Under the pieces are notes generated by a model that was not told the DNA's origin, did not search any database, and was given only the letters and a program-made list of their open reading frames with translations. Positions 23,327-39,362 of a DNA stretch of 64,000 nucleotides are shown here, piece after piece. Made by a program: the position numbers and the translations under genes. Where the stretch lies: the NCBI GenBank assembly GCA_965603825.1, contig CBFDEM010000020.1, positions 372,001 to 436,000 of the forward strand, in the 5' to 3' direction. The stretch comes from Blepharisma stoltei ATCC 30299 (taxonomy: Eukaryota > Protista > Ciliophora). The number at the start of each line of letters is the position of its first letter. Position 1 is the first letter of the stretch.

Positions 23327-25549
23327 TTAAGTCCCTTTAGAAAATTCTTCATTTTTCTTGTAAAGAAATTGAGCCAGATATTCTACTGGATCTTCTGGCA
23401 ACTTTTTGCATATTTCAAAGAGCCCTTCTGTAACGTGTTGAATAACGTGCTCCATTAAATAATATCTAAGCGGCTGAGACCTTGCTTCTAGAAGTTCTTT
23501 TTCTCTTGCTTTCATTTGTTCCACAAATAGCAAAGCTTCTACATCCGGCTTATTCGCCTTTTCTACGTTTGGCATTGACTTTGAAGCTTCAGGGTCGCTT
23601 AACAAGTTAGCAGATGGCTGAAAGAAATTTTTTTCTGGCTCCTCTTCAGTTTCAGCTAAAGAAATATTAGTGACTTTTCTGTTTTTATCAATGTAATTTT
23701 TTATGTGGTCAAAAGCTGCATTTTCTTCCATTATGCAGTCTATTTCTAGATTTTCGCTTTTATGCTGTGTGAAAAAATCTTGGACTGTTACATTTCCTTT
23801 ATCATTATTATTAGCTTCTCTATATGCTGCAAGTCTTCGTTTCATTCCTTCATCAGTAAAATGGGTCCCTGCTGTAGCTGTTTCTGGCAGTTGCTTGACT
23901 CTTTGTATTAGCACATCATTCGCTCCTTTTAGAACAATGATACTTTGAGGATAAATTTTCATATTCAGTTCAGTGCCTTGCAAAAACAATCTTTTTGCGT
24001 CATCGTATTTCCTCGGCCACCCATCAAGCAGAAATCCTCGGTTTCTACACAGATTTGACTGTAATTTCCATTTAAAAACTTCTACAAGGAGATCATCAGG
24101 GATTCTTGGGTTAAATTTGCTATAATCTAATTCTTGATTTTTCTTTTTTTTGGCTTCAGCCTCTTCAATCATATGTTTTTTTAAATCAGCTAATTTATTT
24201 CTAACAATTTCCCCAAGCTCAGATTGTGAGCTTAATATTTCTTGTACAAGAAGTCCTACGTTTATATAAGGAATATTATAAAACTCTGCAATTTTTTTCC
24301 CATGATGGGATTTTCCAGATGCTGGAGGACCAGTTATGAAAATTTTCAAAGCACTTAATCCTCGATATTCATTGAATTCTTCATTTAGTAGCAGCATATT
24401 TTCAGGGATTCCTTCTAGGCAATGCCAAGAAAAAGGTAACGGAAAACCTTGATCATTGAAGCCTAATGTTGCAGAAGGTTTCATTCATAAATCAATTGCA
24501 AGTGGCTCTCCCCACTCTTCGAATGCAGCTTCTCTATAATCAATAGTCTCAATTTTACCATTGCCTATGCCCTTAGCTATGGCTTCTATTATATGCTTTT
24601 GCGAACGGTTTTTAGTTTTATCAATAGCCAAAATATAAAGATTTATCGGGACTTTCTCAACCAAATGCTTTACAGATCTTGCCAAATCCACTAAGTGTAT
24701 TGTTGGGACAAGGTTATCACCTGGAGGCATATACGGAATAGCATCAGGCTCTCCAAGTCAGGCTGAAAGGAAGTGCTCAGCCAAAACTCCTTCGCCTTGC
24801 CCATATATTATCCCTGAGCATATTACATAAGCCCTGATGTTTTCTTTATCATTCATTGCAAGCACAAAATTTTCTAGCCTTTTCCAGCTTTCATATCTTG
24901 GGTATGCTTTTCTCATCTGATAATCTGCTTCTTCAAATGGCAGAATTTTGTATTTCTTTTTTGGTTCTGGCTCAAGTTCCTTATTTTTCATGTTATTTTT
25001 TTCTTCATTTTCTTTGGCCTCTTCTTCTTTACCTTCTTCCCCTTCTTCTTTCTTTTCATCTTCATTTTCTTCAATGATTCCTTCATCAGATTGGTTTTCT
25101 TTTGTAATATCAGGCGTTAAAACTCTTCGGCTTTCCTCGATGTTTATGCTTTGTTCCTCTTCAGTTATAGGAATTTCAATTTTTTTAGGTGGAGTGTCTC
25201 CCCATACAGTGACGCTAGAGATGAGGACGACCGTTTTATTGGTATTGAAAGTTGAGCCTTTCAAGCTTTTTAGTTTGTCTTCAACTTCTTCTAGATCTGC
25301 TGTAAAAAGATCATAGATTATAACATCGCATTCTAAAAGATTTCTTAAAAAAGTTTTCGGCTTATTTCTCTAATTGGAAAATACATTCAGAACTTTTGAT
25401 ACACCTGGAGGACAAGGGTCTTGGTTTTTGGGGTCTTGGGTACCATAGAAGACATTAGGGTTCTTTTCAATGATATCGTCGTTTCTGAGCTCTTCGATAA
25501 GAGTATAGCCCAAATGTGAGTTGATATTGTTAATGAAGAAGGTCGCCAT
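23327..25549 (-). CDS. AK7: Adenylate kinase 7 (ciliary, ~735 aa)
   Basis: N-terminal FFINNINSHLG NAD-binding-like domain, VLISSVTVW, P-loop IFITGPPASGKS, GFLLDGWPR, C-terminal Dpy-30 motif (PLRYYLMEHV...PEDPVEYLAQFL); intron 25370-25384; TGA=Trp at 24758 and 24485. Confidence 0.9.
25370..25384 (-). other. 15-nt intron (AK7)
   Basis: GTATTTTCCAATTAG. Confidence 0.85.
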
Positions 25550-25796
25550 TATATTTTATTTTTAAAAGTCTATTTGGAAATATATTAAAATTGGATGTAA
25601 AATTAATTATTCAAAACAAAAATATTTTGAAAACTGAAATGCAAGTTTATAGGTAGTTTTTAAAAAAATATTTTATTTTATTATGGCAGTGAGCAATTTA
25701 ATATTGCTTTATGCCATTCTTAATATAAGAGCTTTAAAACCATTGCCGCACAAATTAAATCTTTCAATTCTTAGTGTAATTAAAATTGCATGCAAT

Positions 25797-26660
25797 ATGG
25801 AACTTAGCTATTATAACAAGCGAGTATCGCTTCCTAATCCTTATCAAATTTCAAGTTGAATAATAATGACACTTAACATCACATTTTCCTATGCTTTGAC
25901 AACAAAATTACTACCAGGAGCTTACAATCTTTGCTTTTTAGTTTTATATACATCTACACTTGGAATTTTAATTATTATTTCTACTTATATTTCTTTCTCA
26001 GACCCAACAACAGACTCAATAAAACTATCACATGAATATCGAAATAAAGGGTAATAAACATGCAGCTTAACTTTAGACTATACTAAGTATCCTGTGGTCT
26101 GCACTGTATGTGATGGATATGTTGAGCGAACCACAAAACATTGCTTTCCTTGTAATAAATGCACTGAAAAGTTTGACCATCACTGCAAATGATTAAATAA
26201 CTGTATTGGATCCAAAAACTACAGGTATTTCATCATTTTAATTTTGACTTGTGCTATTCATTTTACAATTGAAACAATTTTTAATCTTATTTTGATAGCA
26301 TTTTATATCAGTGATGGATCAAACTTTAAAGAAAAATGTGATGAAAAATTGCATGTAAGATATGAAGTTATTCTTGTTCTGCTTATAATGTGTATAGCTC
26401 AAAGCTTTGTTGTTTGTTTATCTTTTTATTACCTTATTGGTTTTCATATTTATTTAGCGAAAGAAGGGCTAACAACATATGATTTTATAATGAGAAAACG
26501 AGAAATAATAACTCCTACCCAGCCCCCTAAAATTGAGACAAATAAAGACTGCTCGATTTTTGAGCAAAATTCTCCATATGACCTTGAAAAAACTCAAGGC
26601 AACAAAACTCATGTTCAAAGTGACACTTCTTTACAATTTATTGAAAAAGTTTGTGAATAA
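25797..26660 (+). CDS. DHHC palmitoyltransferase (~282 aa)
   Basis: CTVC...KHCFPCNKCTEKFDHHCK(W=TGA 26190)LNNCIGSKNYRYF and GLTTYDFI; intron 26051-26065. Confidence 0.9.
26051..26065 (+). other. 15-nt intron (DHHC)
   Basis: GTAATAAACATGCAG; removes in-frame TAA TAA. Confidence 0.88.
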
Positions 26661-26669
26661 ATGCTATAA

Positions 26670-28304
26670 TTAATATAATTTATATCGAAATAAACTCTTT
26701 GACTTTTCTGGATTTCTTTTTTCAAATGCATCCACTAGCTTTGTCAACTCTTTCATCATATCATCTATTCTATTCAAAGTTTCTATATCATTTTCAGGCA
26801 CTGAACTTTGATAACCAAAAGGAGACTGTCTATTTATATCAGGAGATCTTCTCTCCAAAACAGCGATTCGGTTTTCTAATTTTTTTATTTTTTCAGTCAG
26901 AGCCATGCAAGTGCTTTCTGATTTAAATAAAGCTCTTTCGAATTCCTTGCATTTATTGCAGCTTTCTGGCGATTTTTTTCTTGCTGCCTCGTGTAGCGGA
27001 GTGTGATCATAACCTAAAAGACCTTTTCTGGGTGGAATATAAGAAGATTCACTATCAGAGAAATCAGGCTCAGATTGAAATTCTTCTTGGCAGTCTTCAT
27101 AATCAATAGGAGTTTCTGATGTCATGCCTTTTGATACTTGGGACTCAGAGTTCGTAAACACAACTTTTGGCCTTTTTTCAGAGGCTTTGGGACTTGCTGG
27201 CTCTGAAGTTAATAAAATTGGACCAAGCGAGCTTTGAATGTTAGCAATTTTTTGTTCCCAATCTCCTGAATAATTTCTTCTTAATCTGTATCTTTTTAGG
27301 TTGGTTTTTAACTTTTTTAATATAGCTTTTGCATAATTTATAGGTATTTTATCCCCGTTTCCCAAAATATTTACATACAAAAGTGTTGAATTTGAGTATA
27401 AAACGCTGATAATTTCTTGAAGACCTTGTATAGAGATGCTATTGTTTGAAATATCAAGTGATTTTAATATGGTATCTGTATATAAGGCACTGGATAAATC
27501 ATATATCGTTTTGTCTTTGATTTTATTGTATGATAAATCCAGTTCATCAAGCCCTTTTCCATACCCCACCATTTCAGGCTGTTCTCCTCTCAGTCCTGCA
27601 ACTCATATTCCTTCATCAATTCTTTCATTGTTTTTGCTTATAACTCTTGCAATATCAAATCCGCAGTCTTCAAGGTCATTTCTTGACAGATTTAAGGCTT
27701 CTAAATATCTTAAACTCCCAAGCGAAGGGGCAAAGCATGCAAATTCTTTATCTTTCAGCTTGCATTCAACAATAGCTAAATAATTTAATGGAAGCTTAGC
27801 TGTGAAACCTCTCCCCAATAAGCCTCATCCTTCCATTTCAATGTTTAGTTGCTCAAGAACTAGCACAGTTAGATGCTTATTATGCTCTAAATTCTCTGAA
27901 ATTGCTTTGAAAATTGCAATTCCTTTGTTTTTTCTTTTACTTTCAAATTCCTCTTTTTCTTTTGAATTTGCAAAAGTTGAATGCTCAGGGCTTGAGTCAT
28001 AATTATTAGCCTGTTTTGAGCTTCTTGCTGTAGATGAACCTCTTTTTGTAGGTTTTGAAAAAGGAATTTCTGGCTTATTTTTATTATTGTTGCTTATGAT
28101 AATTTTTTTGATTTGCGTCAGGTGAGGCAAAGCTATGCCAAGCGGCTTCAAATCTCTATCTTGAATTGTTTCATAGTTAAGGGAAAATTCATATTTGTTG
28201 AGAGTTGACATAATTTGGTTATTTGCAGGCGTATTAAGCTTGCTGCAGGCTGTTTTATAGCGGCTTGAATAAGCCTTGGGTTTTTGGAATTTACTTGATA
28301 TCAT
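26670..28304 (-). CDS. Leucine-rich repeat (RNI-like) protein with coiled-coil tail (~544 aa)
   Basis: Three ORFs in one frame joined by TGA 27825 and 27603; LEALNLSRNDL, LDELDLSYNKI, LKSLDISNNSI. Confidence 0.85.
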
Positions 28305-29295
28305 TTAGCATTATTAGTTAAAATGTCGAGAATCGGCTTATTTTTAAAAGAATTTTTATTAAGCAGAAAATCCTTTTTTGACATTAAATGTATATCAATT
28401 GAGTTAATGTCAAGATATATTTATGCCTAATTAGTTATTACTTCATAGAGTTATGCCTACACAAAAACTAATTAGAATTATTTTTCATGTGACAGATAGC
28501 AATTAACCAAAATTATTTATAGGAACTCAGTATGCACATTTTCCTCTCTTAATAACTATTTCAACACAAACGCCACATATTTTTATACAAATGAGGACTG
28601 TTATTAAATTGATGATCTTTTATTAATAGAATCGTCATTGAATATTTTTCCTTTTTTCTTCAAGCCTTTCCAAGATAATTTCTTGAGAAAGGTTTAATAA
28701 AGCAAAAGATATATTTTCTTCTCCTTATAAAATAATAACTATGCTTAAATAATTTTAGTTGAGTTTTAATTGTAAATAATTGCTTTTAATCGGTTAAATC
28801 AAATTGCATATTAAATAATAAATTAAACATAATGACAATTTGAAATAATTGAGCTGGGGAAAATATTTACCTGAAATAAAGAGGAGCATCATGATTTCAA
28901 AATTTTAATATTAAAAGCAATATGGTTTTAAGAAATCAAGTAAGATAAAAGAACGCATAATTACATGGCATAAATTTAACTGCTAATGATATTTTTGGAA
29001 TGGTTTGATTATCTTGTACGATATTAGCATATTATCATCTATTTAGTCTTTTCTCTAATATAGTGAAATCTCCACAACCAGTACAAGTTTTGGCCAGAAA
29101 GCTTGGTGCACTTGTTAATTTCTTTTATACTAATTTATCTAAGTTAGCTTCTCTATCCAACTTATTTTTCTTCACATCTAAATGATTATTCTAGAAATTC
29201 TGAAAATTCCTTTCACATAGCCTTTGACATCTTTAATTCACCTTTGCTGGATAATTTAACGTATGAATAGCTTGTTTGTGTATATAAATTAAAAA

Positions 29296-30009
29296 ATGGC
29301 GTGGAGAGAATATTTTGCTGAACTGCACGGAACTGCAATGTTGGCATTCATTGTCTTCGCCAGTGACGGAGGACCATTTTCTGTTGGTCTAGGGCTATGG
29401 GGAATTATTAATGTTACAGGGTGCATAAGTGGTGCCCATTTCAACCCAGCTGTAACTCTTGGAGTTATCCTCAACAAAAAAATTAACAAATCATTAACAA
29501 GCAGCGAATTCATCAAGTTCCTTATTTATATGATAATTCAGCTTGGTGGGGCATTCATTGGAAGTCTTTTTGCAGAGCTTGTTACGGACTCCCATTTTGG
29601 CTTTAAAAATCGGCCAGGCCACACGTATCGAGATGTCTTTGTAGGCGAAACAATAGCAACTGGGCATATTGTTATGGCTGCTTTAATGATAGGCCACCTA
29701 ACCACATATAGCTTAATGGCAACATTAGTGCTATGCTTTACAGTAGTCGCTCATATTTTTACAATTGGTCCAATCTCTGGAGCTTGCTTCAATCCAGCAG
29801 TCGGTATCGCGGTCAGCGTTGTAAAAACGGTTCATTTTAATGACTCAAGCTACATTGACCATCTCTGGATCTATATTGTGGCTCCATTTCTCGGTGTCTT
29901 CTATGGAATCATTCCAGCGTTAATTTATTCGAGTGATGAAAAATTCAAAGGAAAAAGCGTAAAGGATACTCAAATGAGCGAAAATTTAATTTTCAAAGAA
30001 GATAGCTAA
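29296..30009 (+). CDS. Aquaporin / MIP channel
   Basis: ISGAHFNPAVT and ISGACFNPAVG, hydrophobic helices, WIYIVAPFLG. Confidence 0.95.
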   Translation: MAWREYFAELHGTAMLAFIVFASDGGPFSVGLGLWGIINVTGCISGAHFNPAVTLGVILNKKINKSLTSSEFIKFLIYMIIQLGGAFIGSLFAELVTDSHFGFKNRPGHTYRDVFVGETIATGHIVMAALMIGHLTTYSLMATLVLCFTVVAHIFTIGPISGACFNPAVGIAVSVVKTVHFNDSSYIDHLWIYIVAPFLGVFYGIIPALIYSSDEKFKGKSVKDTQMSENLIFKEDS

Positions 30010-30054
30010 GGAGGAAGATTTTTTCTTTATTTAATCTTTATTAGGCGAATTATG

Positions 30055-30946
30055 CTAAAGCGGGGCAGGAATTACTAATAAAGCGTTGAGTTTTTGCCAT
30101 AGATAATGCTTTTCTATGAGATCTAACGCGCGCGAGTTGTGAATCCTTAAATATCTATCTAATCCACATGAGTAAAGCATCCCATCATTTTCTTCAATAG
30201 ATCTAATAGACCCAACGCTTCTTCCTTTTGTTTTCCCAATGGTCGTTAATTGTGTATTTATTTTATAAATGTGCCCAACAGTATCTCCAGCATATACAAA
30301 TTCTCTGTCTTCTGACAATGCCAAGGTATTTATTGCGTAATCACAAGATAAATCTTTAGGATTTAACCTTTGGACTTTTACTGCTTTTCTTTGTGCCCTT
30401 ATGTCATATAATTTCATTTCATTATGAGCTGTGGCAACAAAAAAATCCTTATTATCCCTTAAAATGCAAGCCATGTCGACTACATTTTCATGTCTTTCCT
30501 GAGGCCTGGCTTTCCAGACTGATTGCTTGGTGGTGAAGTCATAAATTCCTACAACATCGCCTTTACCACAAGTTCCCAGAAAATTATCGAAAATGCTAAA
30601 ATCTCTGGCTTCGTTATAATTAGTTTTGATTTCTTCATCTCCAATTTTGATGGATTTATTTGTGTACATCGAAATTACCAACTCATCCAGAACTTTTGTT
30701 TTTACCAGCTCACTCTTTGTAGGCGTCTGAATATCGGTAAAATTTCCTTCCAAATCCAGTGTTTGGATTTTTCCATTCTTCCTTGCCACTAAAATTTTGT
30801 CTTGATATCGACTGATAGATTTAACGGATTCCCCTCTTTCTTGAGTTCCAATATGCTTGATATCTCCATTATGATCAATAACTAAATAAGTTTTTACATT
30901 TGATAAGCCCAGTATCATCACCTACAGCTACCACTGGGTATTGCAT
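30055..30946 (-). CDS. WDR74: WD40 ribosome biogenesis factor NSA1/WDR74 (~291 aa)
   Basis: A 16-nt intron at 30882-30897 restores the N-terminal VAVGDDTGLIK; LYDIRAQRKAV, GSIRSI, SCGLDRYLRIH, YLWQKL. Confidence 0.8.
30882..30897 (-). other. 16-nt intron (WDR74)
   Basis: GTAAAAACTTATTTAG; restores the frame to the conserved N-terminus. Confidence 0.8.
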
Positions 30947-30985
30947 GACAAAAATAAATATGAAGGCATTGATAAATTTAGAAAA

Positions 30986-31924
30986 ATGTCCCAGTCTAAC
31001 ACAAATGACAGCATAGATTTCGACAGGTCAAATACACCTTATAGCAGAATGGATGAATGTGAAGCTGAAAAAGCTTATTCTAATAGAAGAAAACTACTAG
31101 AATCCAGCTTAAAAAAAACTGTAAAGCGAAGCTCATCAAGCACAAACTTGACCCACAAAATACAGAAAAAAGCACAAATTGAGAGAAAATTCGACAGCAA
31201 AACGTCACAGGAAAATGCTATTTCGAGTGCAAGTAGATTTTCTGTGCCGCTTTCTCAGGTATCTTCGTGTGCAATTCTTGTAAGTTATAGGATAAAAAAT
31301 GAAATGGATAGAGTTGGCAGAGATATCCAAGAAAACGCAAATAGAAAAACCATTGGTGAAATCATTTATGATAAGCAAGTAAATTGAAAGAAAAATATTG
31401 ATAATAAGTTAAAACAACAAAAATTCAAAGAAGAGACCGAAGAAATGAACCAATGTCCGTTTGAGCCGAAATTTCTAACAAAAGTTAGACCGGAAACTAC
31501 AGAAACTCCTACAAGTATCTATGATAAGTCCAAACTTTGAAGAGATAATGCAGATTTAAAAAAACAAAAAGCGTTAGAAAATAAAATAAAAGAAGAGCTA
31601 GAGGACTGCTCATTCAAGCCAAATTTCATATCAAAGCAGCTAAGCTTAAAACAGTTTGATTCTACTATTTTTGAGCGAAGCATGAGATGAAAAGAAAATG
31701 CTCTTGTCCAGTCCCAAAGAAAATCTAAAGGGGTTTTATTGCAAAATTCAAGTAAAAAATCGCCAGTGAAAATCACTATGAGACAGTTCAAAGAAATCTG
31801 CAGTCCTATAAGTAAAGACAAACTAGAAATAAGATATCAGATACTTGATTCTAGTATTGACTTAATCAGCCAGCAAATAGACAATTCTCTTCAAGCCAGT
31901 TTAATAGACTCGCCATCCAAATAA
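30986..31924 (+). CDS. Hypothetical protein with ECxFxP-type repeats (~312 aa)
   Basis: One frame through three TGA=Trp; QCPFEPK and DCSFKPN motifs, each after an IYD/IFE-x-x-x-x-W segment. Confidence 0.7.
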
Positions 31925-32044
31925 TAATCCTAAAAAATAATACTTATAATCGTATCAATACCTTTTGATTTGCAAATTCTTACTTCATCTTAACTTTCAT
32001 ATTATTCATATAAGTCGTTTTGAAAACCCATAAATTAAATATAT

Positions 32045-34618
32045 ATGAGTTTTTCTGGCTCAGTCAGAACCCCCACTAATTCAAAGAGAGCGAGCTCCAA
32101 CGGTGACTTCACATTTGTTACTGTCGCGCCTAAAGGGAATTTTAATGACAATCCTGTAATAAGAAGGCTTAAAATAATGCAGGATTCAGAAAAAAAATCG
32201 TGGAAAGGGATTGATATAGAAGCGATTGGCAAACCAGGAAATGGGATAAGCAACACTAAAGAACTTTCTGGGTTTTTAAAATATTATGAAGGAAAATGCA
32301 CCAAAGTTCTTAACGAATTGTCGAAGGAAGAAGATACAAGACCCATTTTACTCACTTTTTCACCAGTTTCAGAAAATCAGCTGGTAAAGGAAGGGCCAAT
32401 TCCTAATATTTATAGCAAGGGAAACTTTTTGCAGCAGCGTGAATTGCTGTATAGGGTTTATAAAACTGATGCACGGCTTGTAAGGTCTGTCTTAGAAATT
32501 TCAGGATTGAGTCCTACAGATTCTCACGATTGGAATATTTTATGACTCGGATCAAGTGGCCAGCCTTACTTATATGAAGGCTTGAATGAGTACCAAAAAA
32601 TCAATCATTTTCCAAATTCATATGAAATTACACGAAAAGACCGAATGCATATCAATCTCTCAGCGATGATAGAAAAATATGGGATTGAGGACTTCGATTT
32701 TATTCCTGAAACTTATCTTCTTCCTGATGATTTTAATTCATTTTATTCACAATTTCAAAAGGATAAACATGCGAAATGAATACATAAGCCATGCAATTCC
32801 TCACAAGGAAAAGGAATCTATTTAGTGGAATCATTGTCTGATATTCCTGCAGATGAGCCTTGTGTGGTCTCTAGGTACATACAAAATCCTTTGCTTATCA
32901 ATCAATTGAAATTTGACATCAGGATTTACGTTCTTGTTACTTGCTTTGAGCCTTTAAGGATTTACATGTTCAAAGAAGGGCTCGCCAGATTTGCAAGTGA
33001 GCCATACACTCCTGATAGCAAAGGAAATAAGTATGTTCATTTGACAAATTACAGTGTAAATAAAAAAAATGAAAAATTCATACAGAACCAAGATTGAAAG
33101 CAAGACGATTACGGCCATAAGTGAAGTGTTTCAGCCCTTTGCAAACATCTTGAAGCAGCTGGGGTGGATATTGATTTATTATGAAGCAAAATCTATGATT
33201 TGATAATTAAAACAATTATGTCTATAGAAACCACAGTAGTGGACTCTGTTAAGCAGCTTGCAGTACATAGGAACAACTGTTTTGATTTATTAGGTTTTGA
33301 TATCTTAATAGACTCTGAGCTAAAACCTTGGCTATTAGAAGTAAATTTGTCACCATCATTAGCTACTGACTCTCCATTAGATTTGTTTATTAAAGGAAAT
33401 TTAGTCGCAGATACCCTGAACCTTGTAGGACTTCGCATGTTTGATAGAAAAAAAGAATCTGCTAATAAAATCCGTTCACGTATAAGAGCAAGACAAAACC
33501 AGCTCGCCCAAAGTAGAAATAAAAACAACATAAGAGCTAGTTCTCCAGTTTCTCGCAAAAAAGAATTTTCAATGTCTCAAAGCTTCAAGAACATCTTAAA
33601 AGAAACTTTAGAAGAGTATGAAAGACGAGGAAACTTCGTCAGAATCTATCCTTCTAAAGGCTGCAGTGTTTACGACCACTACTTCACTACTCTTCGGCCT
33701 GTAAACAGGACTCTATATAATTATTTATTTGAAGAGCTGCTTTCGCAGAAATCTGATGACCAGCTGCCTCCCCCAGAAATAAAAAGGCCAACTTCATCTT
33801 CTATGATGAGCCCTATAAAGAGCCACTTCAAGTCAGCGCACAAGCCTCGCTCAGCCAATATTTCAGTTGACCATTCATTGATGCCAGAGTCTTCATTTGA
33901 GGAAGAAGAAACTAAGTCCAAAGAGCAATTGAAGGTGCTTTCTTCGAACTCAGATTTGAAAGCAAACCCTTTGCCAAGCAAAAAAGAAGGGAGACTGATA
34001 ATAACAGGAGATGACATTTTAATTGAGTATGTCTCCAGGATTATGCACGCTATAAAAGCGATAAATGAAGAAAATTTGAAGCCATATTGGAAGAAAAACA
34101 TTGATAACTTCATTTCACATCAAGTTTGGCACAGCGAGCCAAAGAAATCAGAAAACATGTGAGAAAGGCTGGAAGAAAGGCTTCAGGTGATGAAAACGCG
34201 AAAAAAACAAATAAATAACAACGTCGAAGACCTAGAAAGCCAAAAACACAGCGTTTTGCGAGGATTATCGGCTTCACAAATAGAGAAAATGCTATTAAGC
34301 TCCTCAAAAAATGCTGCCCACGAAATAGTATCATGCTTATTTGACCAAGAAGGCAAAGGTGTTTTAACTGGGATCATCAAATGGCTCGCCACATCTGCAG
34401 CGAACCCCCAGGCTCGCTATTTTAAAGAAAAGCGAAACCGGAAATTCGACGACACTGATCAGCAGACTGCAGAGGAATCAACCCCTCAGTAAGCCTTATT
34501 TAGAAAAAGTTCCAGGATGTCCCCGACTTCTTCATCATCAATTTTAAATTCTTTTTCATCCAGAAGCAGAAAGACGTAAGAAATAATTAGATTTGGAGGA
34601 AGATTTGGGTGACAATAA
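32045..34618 (+). CDS. Tubulin-tyrosine-ligase-like polyglutamylase (TTLL4/5-like, ~847 aa)
   Basis: QKINHFP..EITRKD, WIHKP.NSSQGKGI, KFDIRIYV, EGLARFAS, HLTNYSVNK, FDLLGFD, PWLLEVNLSPSL; six internal TGA=Trp; two 3' introns (34489-34503, 34576-34590) move the stop to TAA 34616-34618. Confidence 0.9.
34489..34503 (+). other. 15-nt intron (TTLL, 3' end)
   Basis: GTAAGCCTTATTTAG; contains the apparent TAA, and the frame stays open after it. Confidence 0.75.
34576..34590 (+). other. 15-nt intron (TTLL, last)
   Basis: GTAAGAAATAATTAG; again contains the in-frame TAA. Confidence 0.65.
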
Positions 34619-34767
34619 ATTTAATTTAATATGAATCATTATTTAATATGGCTTTTTGTAAATTTTGTTAAATTGCAAAATGAATTTTTTTATTATTAAT
34701 TCTAGCCAATCAAAATGCTATCAAGAATTTCTTAATTTTAGAATAATTGATTTAGTTATTGATATAA

Positions 34768-37860
<3,093 letters not shown>

Positions 37861-37868
37861 AATATAAA

Positions 37869-39362
37869 ATGAACCGGGGTTTTGTATTTTTATTTATATT
37901 TCCTTTCGTTTTTTCAGCTGACTGCAACACAGGGTGTAACAGCACAATGATAGGGGATGGAACATGCAACACTGAATGCGATGTTTATGCTTGCAATTGG
38001 GATAATGGAGATTGTGGGTCAATTTGCAGTACTTCATGTTTATATACAATGGTTGGGGACGGTGTCTGCCAGTCTTATTGCAATACAGAAAAATGCAGCT
38101 ACGATTTAAACGATTGCACCTCTTGCAAAAACGCTGGGTGCACACTTTCAAATTTAGGTAATGGAGTTTGCAATTCAAACTGCGATATAGCTATCTGCAA
38201 TTATGATAACGGAGAGTGCAATAAATATGTAATATACAACCAAACTTATGAATTAGTTAACTATACACAATCAGAAACTGATGTTAAAGAATGAAATTAT
38301 GGAAAAGTCGCAGGCGTTGGCTTAGGGGTGTTTTTGACGATCGTTGCAATTATTGTAGGTGTTTTAGTATGCATTATCGGCACAGCAACTCCATGCTTTC
38401 TTGTAATGTTTATATTGGGAATACTAATTCCTCTGATTACATTTTTAATAGTAGGCTTGGCTCCTCATCATAAAAATGAAGAAAAGAACACTGATAACCG
38501 GCATGACTATTATTTAGCTGCAAGGATTGTGTTTTTGGTCATTATGGTCGTTTTCGGGCTGTTTTCTTGTGTTAGTGTTGTTAATTTTTATTTTGGGGTG
38601 AATCTGAAGACAAGAAGAGTTGATTCAAGAATCACAGGAGCCGCACTTGCTGATTTGTTAGAAAAGAAAAATGAACCGCCTCAGGAGGGAAATGATTTGC
38701 AAGAAGGGCAGATGCCACAAGGAGATGGGCTTGAAATGCAGCCAGTAAGGGATCAGTCACAGTTACAATATCGATCTAGGGGAGATGCGGGCCAAGCTTA
38801 TGATCCTTATGGGTATATGCAAGATCAGCCTCCTAGTCGTGAACAAAGCAGATTTATTCAAGGTCTAAGCAGATTTTCGCAAGATCAAGGCAGGTTTGGA
38901 CCAGATCAAAGCAGATTTGGACCAGATCAAAGCAGATTTGGACCAGATCAAAGCAGATTTGGACCAGATCAAAGCAGGCTTGGGCAAGACCAAAGCAGAT
39001 TTGGGCAGGATCAAAGCAGGCTTGGACAGGATCAAAGTAGATTTGGGCAAGACCAAGGGCGATTTAACCAAGATCAAGGAAGGTTCGGCCAAGATCAAAG
39101 TAGATTCAGTCAAGAGCAAGGCAGATTTGGCCAAGACCAAAGTAGGTTTAGTCCAGATCAAAGTAGATTTGGGCAAGATCCAGGTAGATTACCTCAAAGC
39201 CAAATAAGCGCAAATCAAGACCCTAGAAGATCGCCACCTGGCTACCAAAATGAAATAAGAGAAGACCTTCCAGTCTATCCGCCAGGCAGAAGCGCCAACC
39301 GAGGATATTCAAATGGCCAAGGTCAGCCTAGAGATGGTAGTTTATATCAAGATCGCAGATAA
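37869..39362 (+). CDS. Membrane protein with signal peptide, three LNR (Lin12/Notch) repeats, ~3 TM helices and a heptad-repeat tail (~497 aa)
   Basis: C..GDG.C...C....C.[WY]D.GDC three times; TGA=Trp at 38292 joins 37869-38294 to 38328-39362 in one frame. Confidence 0.8.
38841..39197 (+). repeat. 17 tandem 21-bp coding repeats encoding DQ[S/G]R[F/L]G[P/Q]
   Basis: Unit gatcaaagcagatttggacca, near-identical in the early copies and synonymously diverged later. Confidence 0.95.

Noticed and set aside
28305-29295. 1-kb spacer with short inverted repeats (TTGACATTAA...TTAATGTCAA near 28378-28413)
   Set aside because: Short AT-rich palindromes are expected by chance; I could not support an ncRNA, MITE or ORF.
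38865-39207. Overlapping ORFs 38896-39207 (+, DQIKADL heptads) and 38865-39176 (-)
   Set aside because: Shadow frames kept open by the 21-bp repeat; synonymous variation follows the DQSRFGQ frame.
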